NCBI GenBank assembly: GCA_965248535.1
Contig: CBDFJR010000005.1
Span: 2,144,001 to 2,208,000 of the forward strand
Source of the DNA: Phormidesmis sp.
GTDB taxonomy: Bacteria > Cyanobacteriota > Cyanobacteriia > Leptolyngbyales > Leptolyngbyaceae
Direction of reading: 5' to 3'
DNA: 64,000 bases
The position numbers and the translations under genes were made by a program. Below the pieces are notes generated by a model. It was not told the DNA's origin and did not search any database. It saw only the letters and a program-made list of their open reading frames with translations. This document shows positions 40,947-51,981 of the stretch, piece after piece. The first letter of the stretch is position 1, and each line of letters starts with the position of its first letter.

Positions 40947-43900
40947 TCATTTCCATTGATTGCATACGTCGCGCATGGCATCGACCATGCCTCGGATGGC
41001 GGCGGCTCCGCCGAGATGTGCGATCGGGGGATGCAGCGTGGCGAGGTCTTGCATAAGATCGGCGCGGGTGCAGTGGGCAAGGAGGTGAAGGTGGGATTGC
41101 CAGTCGGGATACGGGAGTGTAGCAAGAGAAAGGCGAGGAAGATAGGATCGGAGGGTTGTGGCGCGGGTGAGCTTGTGGATGATGGCATGGATGGCATCAA
41201 GGGCTTGGGGCAGAAACACTTCAGGTAGCTCTTCAGCTAACCCACACAACCCTTCTGCACGCGCTTGCTCATTTTGGAATAGCGACAATATTTCTAGAAG
41301 TGCGGGCAGTAATGCTTCAGGCAATTGCTTAGCTACACCACCATCGCAAAATATATCTCCAAATTCCACATACTTTCGCTCAGTCTGAATCAACAACCAT
41401 AGCGCCTCAAACGCTTCAGTTAAATAAGCTGGGTCAGTTTGAATTAGAGCATAGAGAAACTCTAAAACAGCACGTTTAAACTCATCTTGGACTAATCGCG
41501 CCAATTCTAACCCTTTAGTAAAATAAGTTGAATCAATTTGTGCTAGGGAATGCAATGCCCACGCACGCATGAATTCATCCTGAATTGATCGTGCAGCCGA
41601 TGACAACTGGGCAAGGTCAGCATTGCTAACCTTAGCTAGATCACGCAATGCAGGGGCACGGTCTGTGATTTTAGACCATGCAAAGGCTTGCTCATCCTCA
41701 ATAGACTCGCCGCACTTAATGCTTCTGCAAAATATGTTTCGTCAATTTCCGCTAAGTCAATCAATCTAAGTGTACGGTTGTAGTTGTTCTGTTGTGATCG
41801 AGCCACGCTTAAAGCTTCTGCAAAGCAGATTTCGTCAATTTGGGCTAGGAAAGTGCTTAATATTCCTGCACGATCGGACTCATCCTGAATTAATCGTGCA
41901 GTATTCAATGCTTCCATGGAGTACGTTCTGTCAATTCGAGCTAAGACGCTCAATGCTCTTGCACGATCGGACTTATCCTGAATTAACCGTGCAGCATCCA
42001 ATGCTTCTGCAAAATATGCTCTGTCGATTCGAGCTAAAATGCTCAATGCTCTTGCACGATCGAACTGCATCCGAATTGAGCGGGCAGCATCCGATGCTTC
42101 TGCAAGATATGCTCTGTCGATTCGGACTAGTTTGAAGAGTGCCCTTGCCTGCTTGTCCTCATCGTGAATTGAGAATGCCACGTCCAACAATCTAGCAATA
42201 TCAGCAGTGTTCACTTCGGCTAAGATACTCAGTATCTTCACTTTTCGCATATTCCAAGGCTCAATCAACCTCTCCTTCTCAATTGCAAGAAATGCCGCTA
42301 ATGCTTCTGCAAAATAAGCTGGGTCAATTTTGGCCAAGACACTCAACGCCACCGCGCTCTCATGTTTATTTCTAATTGTTCGTGCTGTTGTCAATGCCTC
42401 AGTAAAATGAGTCGAGTCAGTTTTAGCTAGAGCAGTTAATATCATCGCCCGCCAGTACTCATCTTGAAGAGATCTCGCTGTCTCTGCTGAAAGATAAGTA
42501 TGGTCAATCTCAGCTAAGGTATCCATCACTTCTGAATGAAAGAATGGATGTTGAATTGACCGTACAGCATCTAATGCTTCTTCAAAATATGCGTTATTGA
42601 TTTTAGCTAGCGTACACAATGCTGTTGCACGGGCGGACGCGTTTTGAACTGACCGTACAGCGTCTAATGCTTCTTCAAAATAGGAATTATCAATTTTGGC
42701 TAGATCACTCAATGCCGATGCTCTATGACATTCGTCCTGTATTGATCGTGAGACCTCTATGGTCTCTGGCAAGTAAACTGAGTCAATCTGAGCTAATTTG
42801 TTCAATGATCTTGCGCGATCTCTCACATCTCGAATTGACCGTGCCACCCTCACCGCTTCTAACAGGTAGGCTGAGTCAACCTGGGTTAAGGCAGTCAATG
42901 CCATTGCAATGTTACTCTCATTCCGCAGTGATCGCGTCTTCTTAACCGCAAACCCAAAGATCGCCTTAGGCAAATACGACGCAAGTTTCTCAATCGCCTC
43001 AACAATATTCTCCTCATCCTGCATTTGCTCTACATATGCCCAAGCTTGCTCTGGTGTCCAATACTTACGCTTCACAAACTCTGCCATCATCCCGATCGGT
43101 AGATTCCCCACCAAACTATTCAGCGTTGCTGTAATCAATGCATATCGACACTGCAACACAATCGAGCGAGTATTATCTTGCTCATAACTTTCCTCTGCAA
43201 TTTGCCACCCTCGCTTCACATCCTGTACAAAAATCGCAGGTTGCCCCAGTCGATCGCACGCCTCAAACCAAGCATTCCGCCCCTGCTCATCACTCATCGC
43301 CATCAGCACATGAATCTCATCCTCTCGCCCCGCCTGCTGGAGATGCCACGTCAAATGGCGATGAATATATCCATCATTCGGCAACCGATCCCAGCGATCG
43401 CACTTTTGGCGATAGCGATCCAAGAATTGAGCATGAGCATCCGCAAGCGTTCGGATTGGAGCGCTGAGGGTTGCTTGTTCGATCAATCCCCGCGCCGTAT
43501 CGTGCATCAAATCATGCACCCGATAGGTTAGCTCCCCTTCCAATGTCTCCGTCCCACTGGTCAGAAACGATCGATTCCGCAGAGCAATTAATGCCTTCTT
43601 CGCTTTCAAGGGCGACAACTCCCACAGTGTCACCGCCATCCGCACATCCAGACTCACATCCTCTGGCAACACTCCTAACCACGCAAACTGCCGTAACTGT
43701 TCCGCACTCAACCGCCGCAAACTCAAATTAAAACAAGCCCGCAAACTATACTTGCGCTGCTGATTCTCATCCAGACAATCCCAAGCCTCCGAAGAATCCA
43801 ATACCTCCAACGCTACTGATCGCCGCTCTGTCTCAAACTCCGATCGCAACTCCCCCCAACTCAACCCATCCCGCACCTGATTCGCCGCCAAATCTAACGC

Positions 43901-44959
43901 CAACGGCAAATATCCCAACGACTTCGCAAACGCTTTTACTTCCGATTCCTGTTCCGGTTTCCACTGTCGTTTTAGCTTTTGCCGCACTAGCTCGATCGCT
44001 TCCACTTCCGACATCAAATCCAACAGATGATACTCCGCTCCCTCAATCTGCGCCTCCCGCGTCGTCACCAACACCCGACACGCTGCACCGCCCACCCGAA
44101 AATGCTCCACATGCGCCCCATTCCACACATCATCCACCACCAGCAACATTCGCTTTTCCAGTAGCACCGTCCGCAAATAACTTGAAGCCCATTCCAACGT
44201 CGTCGCCGAATAACTCTCCCGCGACTTATCCAACGTCCGAATCCAATCTCCCAGCAAATTTTGAAGGTCGGGATTCTGTCCCAGCGTCACCCACAAGATC
44301 CCATCTGCAAATCTCGTCTGCACCTCAGCATCTAGCACCAACGCTGTTGCCAACACCGATTTGCCCAATCCGCCTAAACCTGCGATCGCGCTCACCACTA
44401 ATGCCCGATCGTCCGTTGCCAACAGCTTCTGCTTCACCGCATCAAACGCTTTAGGACGCGGCACATAGTTCTCCGGCAACCGCACCCCTAGAGACGGCGC
44501 ACCCACCTTCAGTCCTGATTTCGGGCTTTGCTCTGGTAGAGCCTGCAATTTCGACTTGGGCGATCGCTTACTTTCCCAGAGCTTATCAAACGCTTCGAGA
44601 TTACGACTGATGTGTGTTGAACTTAACGTCAGCGTAAAATCCCACTGCGCCTCACCCTTTGTTTTCACGCGATGGTCATGCAAAATCCCCAGAAAATCCC
44701 GCATCGCCTCCAAGGCTTCCCGCACATTTGCGGTCGTCACAGTTGCCTGTCCGTCTTGATTGGTGACGTGCATCAAAGCTTGCAGTGTCGTCTCGATCGT
44801 CACCTTCTGACTTCCTGCTGCTTCATCCTGCCAGCGAAACTGTAATTTTTTTGAATCGCTGATCTCTCCTACTTTTGTCGCCTCCAAAATCCCCTTCAAC
44901 ACTTGACGGACACGAGCTTGCACGATCGGACCATGGGATTTTTTCTGAGAGCTAGGCAT
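40947..44959 (-). CDS. NLR-like STAND NTPase (N-terminal domain, NB-ARC, APAF1-like helical domain, 31-aa helical repeats); frameshift near 41705
   Basis: GLGGLGKS, LLVVDDVW, VLVTTR, GYLPLAL and VHDLMH motifs. Repeats such as ARSIQDESDRARALSxLAxID continue in ORF 41648-40947, and one added base restores AARSIEDE. Confidence 0.88.
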
Positions 44960-45147
44960 AGCTGGGTCAGTCTACAAACATCAAAAAGTTTGGGGGAAGT
45001 TTGGGGGATTGCGAGCAAATTCCCCTCCCCTAATGTAACCAATCCTACTCAGGTCAGTCGATTCCGAGAATAAAATTCTGCTCTTGCCTTGGGAGATCCC
45101 CCAAATCTTTTACTAGATTCATCAACCCAATACGAGGCAACTCAATC

Positions 45148-45378
45148 ATGATGAATCTTCAATCCACCCAACCCATCCAAACGATCGAGCCTCAACTCCC
45201 CACGACTTTGCCTCAGATTCCGATCGATCCAACCAATCCGCTTTCCTGGGTGCTCGTCCTAACTCTACTTCTCGGCACCACCGAAAAGCCCATCAACGCC
45301 ACCGCAAATCTGTTTCGTGCGATCGCAGCCCTTCGAGTCACGATCGTTAAAACTCAGAGATCGCGTCGAAATAAGTAG
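45148..45378 (+). CDS. Small hypothetical protein divergent from the NB-ARC gene
   Basis: 76 aa with GAGG RBS, Pro/Gln/Thr-rich N-terminus, hydrophobic core and basic C-terminus. Confidence 0.55.
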   Translation: MMNLQSTQPIQTIEPQLPTTLPQIPIDPTNPLSWVLVLTLLLGTTEKPINATANLFRAIAALRVTIVKTQRSRRNK

Positions 45379-45541
45379 GTATGGTGTGTCTTCCAATGCC
45401 CAGCAAGATAGCGATCGTGATCCAAAAAGTTGAATCACCTCGCTCTCTGCCAAATGCTTAAGTAGATGAAGCCAAACTGAAATGGAAGAGTGTTAGCCCT
45501 GGTAAACAAACTGGGGCTGTCTTTTTGGGCAGTCGATCGCG

Positions 45542-47476
45542 TTAATCGGCCACCAGTTCTGCCAGTTCTAGCCAGCGCTCTGTTGAGGTCTCGATCGTTT
45601 TTTCTAACTCTGCCATCCGCGCCGAAAGTTTTTCGACCTCCGAAAAGCTGTCAGGCGGAGTGCGATATAGCGTCTTTTCAAGGGTGGCTTTTTCAGCTTC
45701 CATTTGCGGAATTTTAGCTTCCAACGTTTCAAACTCACGCTTTTCTTTATAAGAGAGCTTTCGAGTCTTGTTAGTGATCGCCGGGGTTGCCGCCGTTGGT
45801 TGCTCTGGTTGTTTTGCAGACTTCTTATCAGACGCGTCCGTTTTTCCGCTAGCTGCGTCTTCTTCGGCTTTTCTATAGTCTAAATAAACCGAGTAGTTAC
45901 CGGGATATTGACGAATGTTGCCCCCTGGCTCAAGCGAGAAGATTGTATCGACCGTGCGATCGAGAAAGTAGCGATCGTGCGAAACCACAATCACGCAGCC
46001 GTTAAAGTCTTCTAAATATTCTTCTAAGATGGCTAACGTTTGCACATCTAAATCGTTAGTCGGCTCGTCTAAAATCAGCACATTGGGCGCACTTAAAAGA
46101 ACTTGCAGCAAAAATAATCGTCGTTTTTCGCCCCCAGACAGTTTGCTAATGGGCGAATATTGCTGACTTCCGGGGAACAAGAACTTCTCTAACATTTGAG
46201 ATGCTGTGATCACCGTCCCGTCTGCTAAAGTCACTAACTCTGCGGTTTCTTTAAGATAATCAATGACGCGCTGATCTTGATTGAGTGAGTTCAGCAAATC
46301 ATCCGAATGTTGATCAAAATAGCCAATGTGAATCGTGCTGCCGATGTCTACGGTGCCAGAGTCGGGCGTTAACCGTCCCGTTGCTAGATTCATTAACGTT
46401 GATTTTCCCGCACCGTTTGCGCCAATGATGCCCACCCGATCGTCAGGGCTAAACTCGTAGGTGAAATCTTTGATCAAAACACGATCGCCAAAGGATTTTG
46501 AGACATTCGTGATCTCAATTACTTTTTTACCAATGCGGCGACCTGCTGTTGCGATATCAACTTTGCCGTTGGCTTGTTTAAATTCACGATCGCGCATTTC
46601 GTGAACTCGATCAATCCGCGCTTTTTGTTTGGTGCTTCGCGCTTTGGGCCCTCGACTCAGCCACTCTAATTCACGCCGCAACACGCCCTGATGTTTGCGC
46701 TGAGTGCTGGCCGCCGATTCTTCAGCCAACACTTTTTTCTCTAGATAATAGGAATAATTTCCAGAGTAGGCATAGAGATCGCCGCGATCGATTTCTAAAA
46801 TGCGATTGGTGACGCGATCGAGAAAGTAGCGATCGTGAGTAATCAACAGCAGCGCCCCGCGATAGCGATTGAGATAGCTTTGCAGCCACTCGACCGAGAG
46901 CGCATCTAAATGGTTAGTCGGCTCATCCATCAGCAGCATTTCGGGCTGAGACAGCAGCGCCGTGGCCAGGGCAATGCGCTTGCGATAGCCGCCTGATAGG
47001 TCACCAATTCGGGCGCTCAGATCTTCGATGCCTAGCTTGGTGAGAATAATTTTGGCATTAGTTTCGAGTTCCCAGGCTCCGGTCGAGTCCATTTTTTCAG
47101 ACACGTCTGAAAACCGCGCCATGATTTGGGCTTGGTCGCCTTGCCCGTGGGCTAATTTGTCAGAAAGCTCTTCATATTCGCGCACTAGTGCCATTTGGTC
47201 GCCGCTATCGGCAAACACTTGCTCAAGCACGGTGTGGTTTTCGTCGATTTCGGGCTGCTGTGGCAGATAAACGAGTCGCGCACTGGGGTTGACGAGCCGT
47301 TGTCCAGCGTCGATCGACTCCAATCCGGCGATCATTTTGAGCAGGGTTGATTTGCCAGACCCGTTGGTGCCAATCAGCCCCACCTTGTCGCCTTCTTCAA
47401 CGGTGAAGCTGGCATCTTTCAGCAATTCTTTAATGCCGAAGTCTTTTTTGATCGATCGAAGGGTAAGCAGACTCAT
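45542..47476 (-). CDS. ABC-F family ATPase (Uup-like)
   Basis: Two ABC cassettes (GTNGSGKS/LSGG/DEPTNHLD and GANGAGKS/LSGGE/DEPTNDLD), no TM domain, KLSYKEKRE C-terminal coiled coil. Confidence 0.93.
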   Translation of the reverse strand: MSLLTLRSIKKDFGIKELLKDASFTVEEGDKVGLIGTNGSGKSTLLKMIAGLESIDAGQRLVNPSARLVYLPQQPEIDENHTVLEQVFADSGDQMALVREYEELSDKLAHGQGDQAQIMARFSDVSEKMDSTGAWELETNAKIILTKLGIEDLSARIGDLSGGYRKRIALATALLSQPEMLLMDEPTNHLDALSVEWLQSYLNRYRGALLLITHDRYFLDRVTNRILEIDRGDLYAYSGNYSYYLEKKVLAEESAASTQRKHQGVLRRELEWLSRGPKARSTKQKARIDRVHEMRDREFKQANGKVDIATAGRRIGKKVIEITNVSKSFGDRVLIKDFTYEFSPDDRVGIIGANGAGKSTLMNLATGRLTPDSGTVDIGSTIHIGYFDQHSDDLLNSLNQDQRVIDYLKETAELVTLADGTVITASQMLEKFLFPGSQQYSPISKLSGGEKRRLFLLQVLLSAPNVLILDEPTNDLDVQTLAILEEYLEDFNGCVIVVSHDRYFLDRTVDTIFSLEPGGNIRQYPGNYSVYLDYRKAEEDAASGKTDASDKKSAKQPEQPTAATPAITNKTRKLSYKEKREFETLEAKIPQMEAEKATLEKTLYRTPPDSFSEVEKLSARMAELEKTIETSTERWLELAELVAD

Positions 47477-47509
47477 GCGATTTTGGGTGGAAGCAGTTAT
47501 GTGAGCACC

Positions 47510-47650
47510 TTAGCACTTCATAGATCGTAACGTGGAAAAGTGGGGCGATCGCATCGTTGTAACCACGTTCCAGCCTCGCTGTTGAAATCGCTTTGCAGTT
47601 GCAAGCCCGATTCCTGTCGAAGCGCCAGTAATGAGAACAGTTTTTGCCAT
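47510..47650 (-). pseudogene. 5' remnant of an SDR oxidoreductase
   Basis: MAKTVLITGASTGIGLATAKRFQQRGWNVVTTMRSP (TGxxxGIG motif), then unrelated sequence and a stop at codon 47. Confidence 0.8.
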
Positions 47651-47799
47651 TGGTTCCTAAATAAGGTGGGAAAGTGTTCTTCAACTTTACCGGAACGAAG
47701 GGGTGGAACACGTTTGAATGGTTGGATAAGTTTTGGTTATCTGGCTAAGGGCTACGTGCATTAAAATTGTTCGGGACTATTGTTTTTAAGGAGTTTAGC

Positions 47800-47982
47800 T
47801 TGCCAACTCAGCAACAATCCAATACAGCGATATTTCTGTGTCAGTTGCTATCTAACCTGTACTAACCAATCCAGGTTTTTCGTTATGACCAGAATCTAAA
47901 GACAATTTATATCCAGGCTGGGGCGGCTGATGAAACTGCGCTGATAATAAAAGAAGATGGCAATTGGGATTTTGTTCTATGA
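47800..47982 (+). pseudogene. DUF6888-like small gene with an in-frame TAA at 47863
   Basis: AAGGAG RBS, TTG start, MPTQQQSNTAIFLCQLLSNLY*PIQVFRYDQ...IYIQAG...IIKEDGNWDFVL; ATGA overlap with the next gene. Confidence 0.7.
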
Positions 47983-48191
47983 CACATGATCTTCACCAAA
48001 TGACCAACGCTGAACTAAAGCAGTATATTTCGGCTCATAGGAATGAGGCTCAGTCCTTTCGAGCCGCGTTGGAAGTCCTTATGAGTCGTCGTGATCCAAA
48101 CGCTCCCTATCAACCTTATCCCTTTGACCTTCGTGATCCTGAAGGTGAAGTGCAAGCCATTTTTGTGGAGAAGCTTAGAAAATCTGAGTAG
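47979..48191 (+). CDS. DUF6887-like small protein
   Basis: MTHDLHQMTNAELKQYISAHRNE...AALEVLMSR pattern, coupled to the upstream gene. Confidence 0.7.
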   Translation: MTHDLHQMTNAELKQYISAHRNEAQSFRAALEVLMSRRDPNAPYQPYPFDLRDPEGEVQAIFVEKLRKSE

Positions 48192-48355
48192 CAGCGGTTT
48201 CCAGAATCTACTAGAAAAGCGATCGCTCTCAGCTTGAGTTAGTGATGCTTTAAATAGGATCGGTTATGCAGTCTCGATCGAGCCTAGTTGATCTAAACCG
48301 CTCACGGACAATCAGCCGCCATTTCGGCGATCGACTACACTAAAAAGCAAGCTTA

Positions 48356-48931
48356 ATGGTCACTCTCATGGTCGCCAACTCGCTCCGCTGGACAACTCGT
48401 GATCTCGATGCCATGCCCGACGATGGCGGCTGGAAACGCTATGAAATTATTGATGGAGACCTGCTTGTGACCCGTGCCCCTCACATTCGTCATCAAGGTG
48501 CAGCAGGCAAACTGCACGTTCGCCTAGAAACCTGGTCAGAGACAACTGAGATGGGGAGCGCCTTTCAGACACCGGGCGTTATTTTTACTCCAACAGATGC
48601 GGTGATTCCTGATGTCGTTTGGGTTAGTCGAGAAAGCCTTGCCAAGGGCGTTGATTCAGCAGGTCATCTCACCGTTGCCCCTGAATTAATCGTTGAAGTG
48701 CTTTCCCCCGGTGATCTCAATGAGCAGCGAGATAAGGAAGTCAAACTCAAACTCTACTCGTTACACGGGGTTCAGGAATATTGGATCGTCAACTGGCAAC
48801 TCAAGACTTTAGAAGTTTATCGCCGTAATCAAGCCCAACTTCAGCTAGTTGCCACTCTGCTCAATGGAGATAGCCTCATGTCTCCCCTGCTGCCGGGCTT
48901 TAGCGCCCCCATTGCTCAGATTTTTCTCTAG
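48356..48931 (+). CDS. Uma2-family endonuclease
   Basis: RYEIIDG, IPDVVW, PELIVEVLSP and GVQEYWIV motifs. Confidence 0.92.
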   Translation: MVTLMVANSLRWTTRDLDAMPDDGGWKRYEIIDGDLLVTRAPHIRHQGAAGKLHVRLETWSETTEMGSAFQTPGVIFTPTDAVIPDVVWVSRESLAKGVDSAGHLTVAPELIVEVLSPGDLNEQRDKEVKLKLYSLHGVQEYWIVNWQLKTLEVYRRNQAQLQLVATLLNGDSLMSPLLPGFSAPIAQIFL

Positions 48932-49053
48932 ACGCTAGGCTTCAAAAGGTCAGTCTGTTCAAAAAAACAGTAGCCTTCTCAAACTGACCGCTAGGGAAGT
49001 AGTTTGAGGACATCGGTCTGGATGAACGGCTCTTGCGATCCTAAAATACAACC

Positions 49054-49461
49054 TTAGGTCTCTGCATTGCCAACCCCATTTTCGAGCCGCAGTTTGGCTT
49101 CTTTCTCAAACCAGGCGACAACTTGAGGAACGGTCAGATCCTCGATCGCAACCCCAGAATCGATCGCCGATCGCTGCAACGGCTTGATCGCCGAAATCGT
49201 CAGTTGTGTGAAGAATGGTTTAAAATTGCTGTCTATTCCCTGCTGCAAACCGGGATCGTTAGCTACCCAATCGGCGATTTGCTGCGGGTCTAAATCTGCG
49301 ATCGCTTGATCAGATTTCTGAGCCACCTGCTTGAGCGATCGCAGTGCATAGATCGCAACTCTGACTGAGAAGCGATCGCGTGAAGTCAACAGGGCTTTGT
49401 CTACCTCAGCACACTCATCCGGCGTGAGAAACTCTGTAGGCGATGGGGGCAGATCAGTCAT
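49054..49461 (-). CDS. Conserved cyanobacterial hypothetical protein
   Basis: FLTPDECAEVDKALLTSRDRFSVRVAIYALRSL...WFEKEAK; plausible codon usage. Confidence 0.65.
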   Translation of the reverse strand: MTDLPPSPTEFLTPDECAEVDKALLTSRDRFSVRVAIYALRSLKQVAQKSDQAIADLDPQQIADWVANDPGLQQGIDSNFKPFFTQLTISAIKPLQRSAIDSGVAIEDLTVPQVVAWFEKEAKLRLENGVGNAET

Positions 49462-49726
49462 AAAAAGTAGGGAAAACCGTAACAACTCACGTCTAAATTC
49501 TAGACTACCCGCCTAATCTCCTCGACCTGTTTACCCTTTATCCTGCACACTTTACCCGTCACAATTTACAATAAGTAATAGAGCCAAAGCCAGGGAAGAG
49601 ACATCCTGAATCGTTGACATAATTGCAATTCAGCCTCTAATCGTTATGAAAGCACTATTGAATGCTTCTGAATGACCCTTGTAGGGGCTTATTCCCGGTT
49701 TGTCGCGTTTAATTTAAAGAGCAACC

Positions 49727-51811
49727 ATGAAAGACCTCACTCGCTATCGTAATATTGGCATCTTCGCGCACGTCGATGCTGGCAAAACAACCACTACTGA
49801 AAGAATTCTGAAGCTGACGGGCAAGATCCACAAAATCGGTGAGGTGCACGAAGGCGCGGCAACCACAGACTTCATGGCACAAGAGCAAGAGCGCGGCATC
49901 ACCATTCAGTCTGCGGCCACCACCTGCTTTTGGAACGAGCACCAACTTAATATCATTGACACGCCCGGTCACGTCGATTTCACCATTGAGGTCTACCGAT
50001 CGCTGAAGGTGCTTGACGGCGGCATTGGGGTGTTTTGCGGGTCGGGCGGGGTTGAGCCACAGTCTGAAACCAACTGGCGCTATGCCAACGATTCTAAAGT
50101 CGCTCGGATCATCTATATCAACAAGCTCGATCGCACAGGTGCCGATTTTTATCGGGTCGTCAAGCAAGTTGACAAAGTGCTGGGCGCAAAACCGATGGTG
50201 ATGGTGCTGCCGATCGGCATCGAAGAAAAGTTTTGCGGCATGGTCGATTTGCTGACTCGCAAAGCCTGGATCTGGGATGAGTCGGGTGACCCGATGGGCT
50301 ATCAGATCACCGATGTGCCTGCTGATATGGTCGATGATGTCGAAGCTTATCGCGAGCAGCTAATCGAGCTAGCGGTTGAGCAAGACGATATCTTAATGGA
50401 AAAATATCTAGAGGGCGAAGAGCTAGATATCGAGTCGATTAAGCGATGCGTTCGCAAGGGCACCCGCGACCTGGCATTTTTCCCGACCTATTGCGGTTCG
50501 TCGTTTAAGAACAAGGGCGTGCAGTTGGTGCTAGATGCCGTGGTTGACTATCTGCCCAACCCAATGGAAGTGGTTCCGCAGCCAGAAGTTGACCTCGAAG
50601 GCGAAGCGACTGGCTCTTTTGCGATCGTAGACCCCGAAAAACCTCTGCGAGCGCTAGCGTTCAAAATTATGGACGATCGCTTTGGGGCACTCACCTTCAC
50701 TCGCCTCTATTCTGGCAGGATCTCTAAGGGCGACACTGTGCTCAACACCGCCACGGGCAAGACCGAGCGGATCAGTCGCCTCGTTGAAATGCACGCCAAT
50801 TCTCGTGAAGAGATTGACTCGGCTCAAGCGGGTGACATCATCGCGATCGTCGGCATGAAAAACGTTCGCACGGGTCACACCATTTGCGATCCCAAACATC
50901 CGGCGACGCTAGAGCCAATGGTTTTCCCCGACCCGGTGATCTCCATTTCGGTCAAACCCAAGGTCAAAGGCGGCGAAGAAAAAATGGGGGCTGCCCTGAC
51001 CAAGATGGTGCAAGAAGACCCGTCCTTCCACATGATGACTGACCAAGAGAGCGGCGAAACCATTCTCAAGGGCATGGGCGAACTGCACCTAGATATCAAA
51101 GTAGACATCCTCAAGCGCACTCACGGGGTCGAAGTCGAAGTGGGCGAACCTCAAGTTGCCTACCGCGAGTCGATCACCAAGCGCCTCGAAGACGACTACA
51201 TCCACAAAAAGCAGTCGGGCGGTTCGGGTCAATATGCCAAGATCAGCTATGTGGTTGAGCCGGGCGAACCCGGCAGCGGCTTCCAGTTTGAGTCAAAGGT
51301 GACCGGGGGATCGGTGCCCAGAGAATACTGGCCTGCTGTCGAAAAAGGCTTTGAAAGCTGCATCGACAAAGGCGTGCTGGCTGGCTTCCCCTGCATGGAC
51401 TTAAAGTTCACGCTGATGGAAGGCGGCTTCCACCCGGTTGACTCGTCGGCGATGGCGTTTGAGATTGCGGCTAAGGCGGCCTATCGGCAGTCCATTCCCC
51501 AAGCGGGGCCTCAGTTGCTCGAACCGATCATGAACGTCGATGTGTTTACCCCGGATGACTATATGGGCGATGTGATCGGCGATCTCAACCGTCGTCGAGG
51601 CATGATGAAGTCTCAGGAAACTGGGCAAACTGGGGCGCGTCTTAAAGCCGATGTGCCGTTGAGTGAGATGTTTGGCTACATTGGTGACCTACGAACTATG
51701 ACTTCTGGACGCGGACAGTTCTCGATGTCGTTCTCTCACTATTCACCGTGCCCTAGCAACATCGCTGAAGAGGTAATCAAGGCTGCCAAAGAGCGTCAGG
51801 CTGCTGCGTAG
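49727..51811 (+). CDS. fusA: Elongation factor G, stand-alone paralogue
   Basis: [33 protein letters not shown] and EPQVAYRE motifs; not flanked by rpsL/rpsG/tuf. Confidence 0.96.
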   Translation: MKDLTRYRNIGIFAHVDAGKTTTTERILKLTGKIHKIGEVHEGAATTDFMAQEQERGITIQSAATTCFWNEHQLNIIDTPGHVDFTIEVYRSLKVLDGGIGVFCGSGGVEPQSETNWRYANDSKVARIIYINKLDRTGADFYRVVKQVDKVLGAKPMVMVLPIGIEEKFCGMVDLLTRKAWIWDESGDPMGYQITDVPADMVDDVEAYREQLIELAVEQDDILMEKYLEGEELDIESIKRCVRKGTRDLAFFPTYCGSSFKNKGVQLVLDAVVDYLPNPMEVVPQPEVDLEGEATGSFAIVDPEKPLRALAFKIMDDRFGALTFTRLYSGRISKGDTVLNTATGKTERISRLVEMHANSREEIDSAQAGDIIAIVGMKNVRTGHTICDPKHPATLEPMVFPDPVISISVKPKVKGGEEKMGAALTKMVQEDPSFHMMTDQESGETILKGMGELHLDIKVDILKRTHGVEVEVGEPQVAYRESITKRLEDDYIHKKQSGGSGQYAKISYVVEPGEPGSGFQFESKVTGGSVPREYWPAVEKGFESCIDKGVLAGFPCMDLKFTLMEGGFHPVDSSAMAFEIAAKAAYRQSIPQAGPQLLEPIMNVDVFTPDDYMGDVIGDLNRRRGMMKSQETGQTGARLKADVPLSEMFGYIGDLRTMTSGRGQFSMSFSHYSPCPSNIAEEVIKAAKERQAAA

Positions 51812-51856
51812 GACTGAATGAGATTGACCGCTCTGTGAATTAGGGCGGATGGTTTA

Positions 51857-51899
51857 AGCTTCCTGATTGGTAGATTACCGATCGGGAGGCTTATTTCTT
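51857..51899 (+). terminator. Probable terminator after fusA
   Basis: aagcttcctgattggta-gat-taccgatcgggaggctt hairpin (with G-U pairs) followed by a T-rich tract. Confidence 0.65.
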
Positions 51900-51942
51900 A
51901 GAAAACGTGGATGAGGTAGGGCGGGTTGTTGGCAGAGTCAAT

Positions 51943-51967
51943 GGGCGCGGCAGTGCCGTGCCCTTAC
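51943..51967. repeat. REP-like palindrome, same family as 4671-4862
   Basis: gggcgcggcagtgccgtgcccttac. Confidence 0.65.
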
Positions 51968-51981
51968 GCATGGGGTTGGTT

